Virus record (IMG/VR): IMGVR_UViG_3300028115_001312
Coordinates: 55,430 to 75,429 of that record
Length of the DNA: 20,000 bases
DNA from: an uncultured virus (IMG/VR IMGVR_UViG_3300028115_001312)
Lineage: Duplodnaviria > Heunggongvirae > Uroviricota > Caudoviricetes
Reading direction: 5' to 3' (one strand)
Shown: positions 8,081-15,974 of the stretch, piece by piece
How positions within the stretch are numbered: the first letter of the stretch is position 1
Layout: the number at the start of each line of letters is the position of its first letter
Notes under the pieces: model-generated
What the model saw: the letters and a program-made list of their open reading frames with translations, nothing else
Told to the model about the DNA's origin: nothing
Database searches by the model: none
Program-made: the position numbers and the translations under genes

Positions 8081-8542
8081 TTATGTCCAAGGACGACTTG
8101 CAGTTAGGTTGCCACTATCGCCTGTGTTATCAGTTACAGTATCGTTCACATAACGTGTAGGTAACAGTGTTCTGTCATGTGTATTCCCACTACGATAATA
8201 TGGTTTTGTTGTATCGCCACCAGCAGTACGTTTTAATGCAGCAATGTCAAGCATCATAAGTTGACTGCGTTCTCTTGTAGTCTGGTTTCTGTCTGTTGCT
8301 ACAGTTATAATATCACCTGCTATTATACCAGCATTTACTAATGTAGTACTTGCACTATCTGTACTATCTACAACTGTTCCATTTTTATGAATACTAACTG
8401 GACCATAGTAATAACTTTGTAATCCTTCATCAGCAATAATAGCAGTACGAAGTTGCGCCATTGTTTGCCCATTGTCAATTGTAAGGTCGTTGTGTAATCC
8501 TGTTAGGCCTTTATATTTTATATTAATGTTTGCCACGTTCAT
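8081..8542 (-). CDS. Protein with an N-terminal ubiquitin-like (beta-grasp) domain
   Basis: Residues 6-41 align ungapped with ubiquitin 1-36, and a later TLVNAGIIAGDIITV fits the UBL final helix-turn/strand. GGAG RBS; the start may be the GTG at 8536. Confidence 0.7.
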   Translation of the reverse strand: MNVANINIKYKGLTGLHNDLTIDNGQTMAQLRTAIIADEGLQSYYYGPVSIHKNGTVVDSTDSASTTLVNAGIIAGDIITVATDRNQTTRERSQLMMLDIAALKRTAGGDTTKPYYRSGNTHDRTLLPTRYVNDTVTDNTGDSGNLTASRPWT

Positions 8543-8813
8543 GCTCCAGTTGTGTTATGTAATGATATAAACTTGGGCTGTCTGTTCTAATATCAGCAGC
8601 ATGTTTTGGACCATTTATTCCACCACCTGCATGTGAAGTTACTGCTTCTATATCTGCATACTGTTCATTAGGTGCATTTGCAGGTTCGCACTCACTACGA
8701 TCATCTACAACCAAATCATCTATTTGTTTGAAATGGTTTTCATCCTGAGGAGCAGTATTTTTTATCTCCTCTAACTTATCGATAAGTTTTTTTAATTCTG
8801 CAATAATATCCAT
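8523..8813 (-). CDS. Hypothetical late protein (start revised to MDIIAEL)
   Basis: The track start at 8828 spans the TAAATA motif (8819-8824); the ATG at 8813 follows it by 5 nt. Confidence 0.7.
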   Translation of the reverse strand: MDIIAELKKLIDKLEEIKNTAPQDENHFKQIDDLVVDDRSECEPANAPNEQYADIEAVTSHAGGGINGPKHAADIRTDSPSLYHYITQLEHERGKH

Positions 8814-8818
8814 AAACA

Positions 8819-8834
8819 TATTTATCACTAAATA
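8819..8834. promoter_or_regulatory. Back-to-back TAAATA late-type promoters
   Basis: TAAATA on minus (8824-8819) and on plus (8829-8834) between two divergent genes. Confidence 0.7.
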
Positions 8835-8839
8835 TACAC

Positions 8840-9517
8840 ATGCTGTTAAATGAACTAACGAAACCTACTGACTTACAAGAACTACAGATGCGTCTACAGT
8901 CCTGGAAAGATTGGTTAGTACAGGGTAGTCATACTCCTAAAGAAATAACCGATGAACTTCGTGACAACATTGGTGACATATCTCAGGTAAGCATGAAACA
9001 GATTGATATACCCAAAGGCGATATGAATGCCAGTGCTTATTATGAACAGGATTTAGATCAGCAAGACAAAATACCATTTGAGATAGAGTTATACTTTAGT
9101 AAAAAAGACGATCAACCCTTGACTATTACAAATCCTGATCCTTTAGTAAACAGAGTAATAGGTATGTTAAAGCATGAAATGTTACATCAAAAACAAGCAA
9201 GAGCTAGAAACTTTGAACCTTACACTCCAGGCAAAGATAAAAAAGATATCAGTTATGAATACATGAGCAGACCTGATGAGATAGAAGCATATGCTATGAA
9301 TATTGCTGATGAACTTGTTAAAAAAGCAGATAAAGACGGTGCTCTTGAATTGTTACGTATGGCAAATAAAACTGCCCAATTTAAAGATAAAATGGGCAAT
9401 TTACTAAGTCCTGATCTTTTTGCTTATATGGCTATGTGGGATTTTAATAGCAAACATCCTGTTATAAAACGTTTGCTAAAGAAAATTTACCAGTATATTA
9501 CTGAGCAGTCATCCTAA
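8840..9517 (+). CDS. Putative zincin-like metallopeptidase
   Basis: HEMLH (HExxH) followed by YMSRPDEIEAYA, which supplies a candidate third-ligand Glu. Confidence 0.7.
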   Translation: MLLNELTKPTDLQELQMRLQSWKDWLVQGSHTPKEITDELRDNIGDISQVSMKQIDIPKGDMNASAYYEQDLDQQDKIPFEIELYFSKKDDQPLTITNPDPLVNRVIGMLKHEMLHQKQARARNFEPYTPGKDKKDISYEYMSRPDEIEAYAMNIADELVKKADKDGALELLRMANKTAQFKDKMGNLLSPDLFAYMAMWDFNSKHPVIKRLLKKIYQYITEQSS

Positions 9518-9998
9518 TAACTACACTAATATTACCACCTACACCTGGATTACGTGTTCTAGTTGTAGTACCTGTAAAACCTGCAGCTTGATATGTAATT
9601 TTATATCCTGCTAGGTATTGTTCTGAACTAGTATCATATGATGTACTGCATTTCTTTACAGTTCTATAACCAGTTATCTGTTGACTATTGTTTCCTAGTT
9701 TATTACCAAACAGTCCACCAATTATTGCACCAGCAGTCCCTCCATCAGGTAAATCCTTTGTAACATTGTTTCCAATTATGCCACCAATTATAGCACCTGG
9801 TACACTGAATCCATCATTTTGGGATTGTCCATAAATAGGCACATCTTCGTTCCAACATTTTTGTGTTGGATTACTTATTGTCCTAGTTTTGTATATAGGT
9901 TGACTATCAGTAATAGTACCTGTAACTGTAAAGGTTTCAGCAACTGCAGTGCCTGCCATAGATAAAGCAATTGCACTTGATATTAATAATTTTTTCAT
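9498..9998 (-). CDS. Secreted glycine-zipper 2TM protein (YcfJ-like)
   Basis: Signal peptide MKKLLISSAIALSMAGTAVA, GAIIGGIIGNN / GAIIGGLFGNK glycine zipper, flanking Cys pair, GYKITY. Confidence 0.8.
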   Translation of the reverse strand: MKKLLISSAIALSMAGTAVAETFTVTGTITDSQPIYKTRTISNPTQKCWNEDVPIYGQSQNDGFSVPGAIIGGIIGNNVTKDLPDGGTAGAIIGGLFGNKLGNNSQQITGYRTVKKCSTSYDTSSEQYLAGYKITYQAAGFTGTTTRTRNPGVGGNISVVIRMTAQ

Positions 9999-10008
9999 AT
10001 AGAGCTCC

Positions 10009-10239
10009 TTATCCTATTAATCCATATGTTGGAATGTTGTTTTGTCTTGCTAATTTTCTAACCATTAACAATTTATCTGTAAGACCTTTTACAACCTTTG
10101 CATTATAAAAAGTATCTCTTTTTTCTTCTTGTTCAATAGTATATGGAAGTGTTCTAAGTAATAATTCTATTTTTGCTTTAGGATCATTAGACTTTAGTAT
10201 TAACTTCTTTAAACTTGCAGTACTAATTGGATTTGACAT
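10009..10239 (-). CDS. Small hypothetical protein (probably early)
   Basis: 76-aa ORF directly downstream of a sigma70-like promoter. Confidence 0.7.
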   Translation of the reverse strand: MSNPISTASLKKLILKSNDPKAKIELLLRTLPYTIEQEEKRDTFYNAKVVKGLTDKLLMVRKLARQNNIPTYGLIG

Positions 10240-10272
10240 TTTGTTCTCTTTCTCTCTATTAACTATACTATT

Positions 10273-10302
10273 AATATAACACAGTTTAGAGAAGTGTCAA
10301 CC
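10273..10302 (-). promoter_or_regulatory. sigma70-type early promoter
   Basis: GGTTGACA-N16-TATATT with a TGn extended -10; same architecture as 11895-11924. Confidence 0.65.
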
Positions 10303-10309
10303 TATTTTT

Positions 10310-11065
10310 TTAATTTTTTACAGGACTAGGCCCATCTGTATCTGTTTGATAAAACCAACCTGCTAAACTATAACGTGGATGGTCTGCAGTAATACTTACA
10401 GGGCTTATAAAATGTTTGTTAATACGTTCACCTGTTGTTTCACTTACATCCATTATTACTAATCTATTTCCAAAAGGTTCTATACTATCTTTTATTGTAC
10501 GTTCATCCTGTTCTAATATACATAGTTGTCCGCCCCATTGTGTCAACCATGTATCATTGAAATAAAATATATATGCACACCAACGTCTAGGATCATGATG
10601 TGCATTTAGCCATGCAGTATGGTCATAGTAACTGTAAGTTGGTTGTGTAGTATGCATATTTGTAAAGCCTGTTACTTCACTTACTAAATCATGAAAAGTA
10701 TAATCAGGCTTTATTAAACTGTAATCTTCTGTAACAACACGATTAAATTCAGTCACATATGGATTATTATGTACCTTATGTTTTTCTTCTAACAACCAGT
10801 ATGCATAATGAAAATAACTAAAGTTGCCTCTACCTTCTTCTATATGTGCATCAAGAACACTTTGAAACTTATCACTGTTCTCTCTAAAACCTGCAGGGTA
10901 CTTATTATGACTTTGTCCTATACAACTCCATACACCATAGGGCATTGTTTTTACTGCTTTATACAATGCATTAATGTATTTAGGTTCTAGAACATTATCA
11001 ATGTAAGTGTATCTTTTTGTTTGAAATTGTTCTTTTGCTTGTTGAATATTTTCTTGATTAAACAT
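10310..11065 (-). CDS. 2OG-Fe(II) oxygenase (prolyl-hydroxylase-like)
   Basis: HHD (HxD), AYIFYFN..W...WGGQL, P.GNRLVI, distal H in KHFISPV, RYSLAGWF. Confidence 0.88.
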   Translation of the reverse strand: MFNQENIQQAKEQFQTKRYTYIDNVLEPKYINALYKAVKTMPYGVWSCIGQSHNKYPAGFRENSDKFQSVLDAHIEEGRGNFSYFHYAYWLLEEKHKVHNNPYVTEFNRVVTEDYSLIKPDYTFHDLVSEVTGFTNMHTTQPTYSYYDHTAWLNAHHDPRRWCAYIFYFNDTWLTQWGGQLCILEQDERTIKDSIEPFGNRLVIMDVSETTGERINKHFISPVSITADHPRYSLAGWFYQTDTDGPSPVKN

Positions 11066-11863
11066 TTAACCTCTTTTATAGAATATATGATTATCTATTG
11101 TAACAATCTTCTTCATAGACTTGTTCCATTTAGGATCAACATAGTCAGCATGATAATGTGTAGCACCTTCTAAAACATCTTTCCATTTATCAAATGCTAG
11201 TATTTGAAATGCTATATTTTCTGCAGTGGCCCAAGCTCTGTTATTCTCCTTATTAATAACTTCATCTTTTTTGCCATCACAGTACCAGCTAAATTGGCAT
11301 TGATCTCTCTTAGGATAATATACACGTTGATCATCTGGTAAGTCTGGATTTTTCTTTGTCTTCCAACTTTCTCTAATAGGTCCTTCATAAATTACTGCAC
11401 ATGTATCTGCAGGATAACGTCTATCCATCACACGGTTCATTACAACTCTACCTACTGCAATTTGTCCTGCAATACTTTGATTGTTTGCTTCTCTGTAGAT
11501 ATTAAGTGCTAAACACTCAAGTTCCTCAGGTTTTACCATCTGTTTGATATCGTCTAATTCATTATTTTTTATTGGTTTGTAAATTACTCTAGTAGTGTTT
11601 ATATGTTGTATTACTGGTTTTATAATTACTTTAGGTACTTCAACTTCTTTTATAACTACCTTTTCAATAATCTGCGGAACTTTAATTTCTTTTACAACTG
11701 TTTTAGTTTCTATTATAGGTACTTTAATTTCTTTTACAACAGTTGTTTCTACAGGTACTTCAATGCGTTCTGTTTGTTTTTCAACTACGATTTTTTCTGG
11801 ACCAAAGTAATATAAGCATGTTGCTCCTAGAATAACGCCAATTAAGAATTTTGTTAAAGACAT
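11066..11863 (-). CDS. Cell wall hydrolase (SleB/Hydrolase_2) with an N-terminal membrane anchor and repeat stalk
   Basis: CLALNIYREA, GQIAVGRVVMNRV, CQFSWYCDGK, GATHYHADYVDPKW, IDNHIFY. Start taken as MSLTK after GAGGAG; the track start is 11878. Confidence 0.92.
   Translation of the reverse strand: MSLTKFLIGVILGATCLYYFGPEKIVVEKQTERIEVPVETTVVKEIKVPIIETKTVVKEIKVPQIIEKVVIKEVEVPKVIIKPVIQHINTTRVIYKPIKNNELDDIKQMVKPEELECLALNIYREANNQSIAGQIAVGRVVMNRVMDRRYPADTCAVIYEGPIRESWKTKKNPDLPDDQRVYYPKRDQCQFSWYCDGKKDEVINKENNRAWATAENIAFQILAFDKWKDVLEGATHYHADYVDPKWNKSMKKIVTIDNHIFYKRG
11679..11740. repeat. 42-nt-period coding direct repeat (VVKEIKVP units)
   Basis: actttaatttcttttacaac at 11679-11698 and 11721-11740, with degenerate protein copies (ERIEVP, KEVEVP) on either side. 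Confidence 0.8.
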
Positions 11864-11894
11864 CAATACTCCTCGCATTATTATATTTCCTTTA

Positions 11895-11924
11895 ATAATA
11901 ACACGAAGATTGTTATTGTCAACC
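11895..11924 (-). promoter_or_regulatory. sigma70-type promoter
   Basis: GGTTGACA-N16-TATTAT with GTGT immediately before the -10. Confidence 0.6.
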
Positions 11925-12367
11925 TATACAGTGACAATACCTTCTGAGATTAGACGCTCTCTATTCGCTAGATGTTGTGCTTGTACATCATCTTTAGATT
12001 GTCCGTGATATGGGACTGCATGACCTTCAGCAATCATAATTTCTGTAACAGGTTTCCAACTGTCTGTACTACTATCATAAACATCAAAGTCTCCTAAGAT
12101 ACGTCCAAACTTGCCTTTCATATCTTCGCCATCTTTGTTGATTTGTGTTTTTAGTGTACAAGTTTTGCCTAGTAATGATTTAAGCCTTGCTTTTGCTGCA
12201 AGTCCGAACTTCTTTTCTACTTTATCACGAGTTCTTGACTCTGGAGTATCTATGCCCATTATACGAACACGTTCGTCACTTAATACTATTCCGAAACCTA
12301 AATCTATGTCGACATCTACTGTGTCGCCGTCTACTACTTTAATTACCGTTGCTCTGTATTCATACAT
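11924..12367 (-). CDS. Thermonuclease (SNase-like)
   Basis: VVDGDTVDV, RVRIMGIDTPESRT, GKFGRILG; GAGGAG RBS and TAAATA at 12386-12395. Confidence 0.92.
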   Translation of the reverse strand: MYEYRATVIKVVDGDTVDVDIDLGFGIVLSDERVRIMGIDTPESRTRDKVEKKFGLAAKARLKSLLGKTCTLKTQINKDGEDMKGKFGRILGDFDVYDSSTDSWKPVTEIMIAEGHAVPYHGQSKDDVQAQHLANRERLISEGIVTV

Positions 12368-12392
12368 TGATTTTTCTCCTCAATGTATTTAT

Positions 12393-12986
12393 TTACAGGA
12401 GTAACATAGTTTCCTTATGCCATAGGTCATAAATTTGTTTCACATATTTTGGATAATATTCTACATCTAGTATACTTGCTAACTTTTCTATCTGTTCTAA
12501 AAATTGATTTTGATTAAGAATAGTTTTGAAGTCTATACTTTGTGTAGATCTAATAGTATTAAATGCTTCCAACTCTTTTGCAATTTGGCTACTATGATTT
12601 AAATCTGTACGTTTCTTTGAAGCAAGTTTTGTAATAGTTTCTATATCGTCTGTTTCTAAATTAATTTTTACAATATCTTTCCACTTTACATCACCATTCC
12701 AAAGGGTATCACAACCTGAAAAATATTGTAATGGATGACATCTATAAATTAATTTTTGTTGAGAATCTTCATGATGGTAAAACTCTCCAGCACCAGTAAC
12801 AAAATCTATCTCTATATCTACTTCACTTTTTGTCCAGTTTGTACTATCCCAATTATTATATAATGCAAATCTTTTTTGTGTAGTATCTGCATTTACATAA
12901 CCTACTGTATTTGTATCTAAAGTTAGACATCTTGCAAGTAAATTACCCGCACTTCCTTGTACATACACTATACATGCAGTCAACAT
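12393..12986 (-). CDS. Hypothetical protein, possibly sulfotransferase/P-loop-like
   Basis: N-terminal IVYVQGSAGNLLARCL resembles a strand-loop-helix phosphate-binding start; weak support. Confidence 0.5.
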   Translation of the reverse strand: MLTACIVYVQGSAGNLLARCLTLDTNTVGYVNADTTQKRFALYNNWDSTNWTKSEVDIEIDFVTGAGEFYHHEDSQQKLIYRCHPLQYFSGCDTLWNGDVKWKDIVKINLETDDIETITKLASKKRTDLNHSSQIAKELEAFNTIRSTQSIDFKTILNQNQFLEQIEKLASILDVEYYPKYVKQIYDLWHKETMLLL

Positions 12987-13105
12987 TTAGATTTTAGTTT
13001 GGCTCTGTTATATGAACCTTTACCCTTCTTAGATGCAACGACACGTGGCTTTAGTGTTCTAACCATTCGTGCTATAGGATTTCTTGTTTTAGGTTTACGT
13101 TTCAT
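12980..13105 (-). CDS. arfA: ArfA-like alternative ribosome rescue factor, 41 aa (MKRKPKTRNPIARMVRTLKPRVVASKKGKGSYNRAKLKSKC)
   Basis: Read manually. N-x-I..., RV and KKGKGSYxR match the ArfA core; it has its own promoter and overlaps the next gene's start. Confidence 0.75.
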   Translation of the reverse strand: MKRKPKTRNPIARMVRTLKPRVVASKKGKGSYNRAKLKSKC

Positions 13106-13112
13106 AACATCT

Positions 13113-13150
13113 TATTTATATACTAGTATAACTTATATGTCAACTAAATA
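13113..13150. promoter_or_regulatory. Divergent promoter region
   Basis: Minus strand: TTGACA (13143-13138)-N17-TATAAATA (13120-13113). Plus strand: TAAATA at 13145-13150. Confidence 0.65.
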
Positions 13151-13154
13151 TTAT

Positions 13155-13499
13155 ATGCTCAGTAAAATAAAAAAACGTTGGCGTGAGTGGCGTGAAAAAT
13201 GGACAGTGGATCATACTATTGACGTTATAGTAGATATAACATTATTACTAATAGACGTAATTGCTTCGCCAGTGTTAATTGTAGTAAGACTAGTAAGATA
13301 TGTTTTTGGAGAATGGATTGCAGATCGACTAAAATGGATAGTTAAAGCAATTGTACATTGGTATCAAAGACAACATCCTGTAGTCAAAAGACTAATAGTT
13401 ATACTTTTTCTTTTAGCACTTCCGTTTTTATTAATTATTCTGTGGAGTTTTAGTAGTATATGGACTATGTATTGGGAAATTACCTGGGGAGACAAATAA
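13155..13499 (+). CDS. Hypothetical membrane protein (start revised to MLSKIKKRW, 114 aa)
   Basis: ATG 4 nt after the plus-strand TAAATA and two hydrophobic segments. The upstream part of the track ORF is antisense to the ArfA-like gene. Confidence 0.7.
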   Translation: MLSKIKKRWREWREKWTVDHTIDVIVDITLLLIDVIASPVLIVVRLVRYVFGEWIADRLKWIVKAIVHWYQRQHPVVKRLIVILFLLALPFLLIILWSFSSIWTMYWEITWGDK

Positions 13500-13501
13500 G
13501 T

Positions 13502-15274
13502 TTACAAGTCTAACTCTGCTCGCCATCTTATATCAAAATCGTTAGCGACTTCTTTATTTTCCAATTCTTTTAGGTATGCTCTTAGATATTCTCCGCCTAC
13601 ATCACCGTCTTTTATTGCTTGATTAATCATACCTGTAATAATAGATTTTTTACCATCATCATTTATTGTACCACGTAACCCCATAATGAAGTTAAGTGCA
13701 TTGTCACTATAATCTGTTCTTATATCATAGTTCATATCTATCCGACTTTGGAAATCTTTTTCATCAAATATTTTTTTAAGTAATGTATCCCAACTATCAA
13801 TTGCAGTTTGTATATCTTCGTTTACATTACGTCTACTCATTAAGTTAGCACAGTCTGTTTCTATTTGTCCTATCTTAGCAGATTGATAACTAGCAAGTGT
13901 GGAACTATCTGGACCTTGTGGGATACTTATACCACTTGGATCTAATATAGTTGTTTCTGCTGGCACTGGTGGTGGCCCAGCACTAGCAGGAACAACAACT
14001 GTTGTATAAGCACCGCCCATTCCAGCTGCAAATTCTGTTAAATGTGTTTGTAATGTTGTTAGTTCACCTGCATCATACAATGCTTTCATAGCAGTCCTAT
14101 AATTACTTGCAGGTGTTTCTAATCCAACTGCACCCAGTGAACCTATCATATCAACAAGTGTAATGTTTTCATTAGGGCCTGTGCCACCTAAGAACTTTGC
14201 TACTAAACTATCAATATAGTCTCTTCTAACAAAATTTGTTATATTATCTATGGTGGGCAAATCTACTGTAGTTACACGACTTATATAGTTTGCTAATTGT
14301 GTAAGATTTTCCATTCTTCCAAGCTCTATTGCTTGAAGTTTTAAACGAAACTCTTCCATACTACTAAAGGTTATTATGTCTTTACTATTTTTAAAAATTT
14401 TATCAAAGTCTGTATAGTCACCTAGTTTTTCTAAATCAATATTAGTAACTAATAATGATTGTGCATTTGTAAGTAATGCAGGCACTGTAATCATATCTAG
14501 TAATTGTTGTACAAGTACATTGTATTGAGGATCTGCAATATTATATATAGTACTAGGATCTATGCCGACATTTGCCAAAACTTGAGATAAACCTGTCACT
14601 GCGACTGCATCTTTTGTATTAAGTGCTTGAATTACTTGTCCAGGATTTCCAAAGTTTGCTATATCTTGTAAATTAAATACAGTCCCTAAATTTGTAATAT
14701 CCTGTGCTAATAATGTAAAGTTTTCCTGTGATGCTTCTGTTACAAGTGTGCTAACTCCGTTTGTTACTACTGCTTGTAAATCTGGATATCCTTCACCTAG
14801 ATAATAGGGAAACACACCATCTTCAGGATATTCCAATGAGTCTGCATTAGGCAACTTACCAAATTCTATTCCGTTTCTAAGTTGCAATAAACTTGGTGCT
14901 ACACGTTTACTACTTGCTACTAAACTATTTGCAATAAAAAAAGTTTGTGCCATTTGTATTGGACTTGTGCCAAACATTAAATTTGCATGGGCACTTATTC
15001 TGTCCATACCTAAACCAGCACCTACTGTACTTGTGTATGTAGCAGGTACTGTTCCAGTAAATGCACCAGATCCACTTATGTCACGATTACATAATGTGTC
15101 TACTGAGCCTCCAGCCGCTTTTACATCAGCAGTCAATTGAATATGTCCGTTTGCCTCTGCTTTTGTAAGTGCTACGAGTTCTTTTGTGCCTTCTGTTAAA
15201 CCATTGCCATCTTCTAAGGCACCTGTTGCCATGCTACCCAGATAACTTATTGAACTACTTGAACCGTATGCCAT
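13502..15274 (-). CDS. Putative virion/baseplate-associated protein
   Basis: 590 aa, acidic and G/A/T-rich, coupled to the PAAR gene by a TAATG overlap. Confidence 0.65.
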   Translation of the reverse strand: MAYGSSSSISYLGSMATGALEDGNGLTEGTKELVALTKAEANGHIQLTADVKAAGGSVDTLCNRDISGSGAFTGTVPATYTSTVGAGLGMDRISAHANLMFGTSPIQMAQTFFIANSLVASSKRVAPSLLQLRNGIEFGKLPNADSLEYPEDGVFPYYLGEGYPDLQAVVTNGVSTLVTEASQENFTLLAQDITNLGTVFNLQDIANFGNPGQVIQALNTKDAVAVTGLSQVLANVGIDPSTIYNIADPQYNVLVQQLLDMITVPALLTNAQSLLVTNIDLEKLGDYTDFDKIFKNSKDIITFSSMEEFRLKLQAIELGRMENLTQLANYISRVTTVDLPTIDNITNFVRRDYIDSLVAKFLGGTGPNENITLVDMIGSLGAVGLETPASNYRTAMKALYDAGELTTLQTHLTEFAAGMGGAYTTVVVPASAGPPPVPAETTILDPSGISIPQGPDSSTLASYQSAKIGQIETDCANLMSRRNVNEDIQTAIDSWDTLLKKIFDEKDFQSRIDMNYDIRTDYSDNALNFIMGLRGTINDDGKKSIITGMINQAIKDGDVGGEYLRAYLKELENKEVANDFDIRWRAELDL

Positions 15275-15654
15275 TATGTTATGCCACCTGAGACATTTAA
15301 TGCAGGATTTGCCAAACCAGAACTAGCAGTAGAACCTACCACTGCAGGTCCTCCTCCTAAACCAGGTCCACCTACTAATACATTAAAAGCACCTGTTACT
15401 CTAGGATGAGCACAAGTATCAATATCCATAACTCTATGTACCGGCAACCCTTCAGCAAGAACCGTTAAGGCACCTCCTGTTACAAACGCAACACAATGTA
15501 TACTACAACCAGGTGCACCACAACAAGGGTGTGGAGTCACAGGACTTGCAAAAGCAGCCAAGGGTCTACCTGCTGCCCATACTGTTGGTCTAGGCACAGT
15601 TGTTAGGCCACCTGCGGCATTTGCATCACCTACGCATACTACTGGAAACGTCAT
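15274..15654 (-). CDS. PAAR-domain spike-tip protein (gp5.4-like) with a Gly-rich C-terminal tail
   Basis: PVVCVGD, TVWAAGRPLA, PHPCC...HC, TVLAEGLPVHRVMD..TCAH..TGAFNVLVG; TAAATA at 15659-15664. Confidence 0.85.
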   Translation of the reverse strand: MTFPVVCVGDANAAGGLTTVPRPTVWAAGRPLAAFASPVTPHPCCGAPGCSIHCVAFVTGGALTVLAEGLPVHRVMDIDTCAHPRVTGAFNVLVGGPGLGGGPAVVGSTASSGLANPALNVSGGIT

Positions 15655-15683
15655 ACTGTATTTACCTTAATCATTATATGCTA

Positions 15684-15974
15684 TTATAATTTATATGATA
15701 TATCAAAATCAAACTCTTCTAGTTTAAAAGATTGCATTCTATCTTCTATTTCTTGTTTGGATAAATTAAGTAATCCGTGACAACCACCTTCGACGAGTAT
15801 GCTTCCACTGTAGTATATCTGTGGGCAAGTTTTGTGCCCACTGATTTTAAGAAATTCTTTAGCTTCTGGATCATTATCAATGTTAATCTCCTCAAACTCA
15901 AGTTCATTTTTGTTTAAGTAGTCTTTTGCTGCTACACAAAATCCACATCTATTTTTTGTATATAATGTAATCAT
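15684..15974 (-). CDS. Glutaredoxin (start revised to MITLYTK)
   Basis: CGFC active site, GHKTCPQIY, EGG; GAGGA RBS before 15974. Confidence 0.9.
   Translation of the reverse strand: MITLYTKNRCGFCVAAKDYLNKNELEFEEINIDNDPEAKEFLKISGHKTCPQIYYSGSILVEGGCHGLLNLSKQEIEDRMQSFKLEEFDFDISYKL

Noticed and set aside
8216..8236. LKRTAGG as a proven ubiquitin-type conjugation C-terminus
   Set aside because: It is internal, about 25 residues past the predicted UBL end, and no E1/E2 is visible in the window, so it remains a hypothesis only.
12957..13154. N-terminal 66 codons of the 180-aa plus-strand ORF
   Set aside because: Antisense to the ArfA-like gene and upstream of the plus-strand TAAATA; the true start is more likely 13155.
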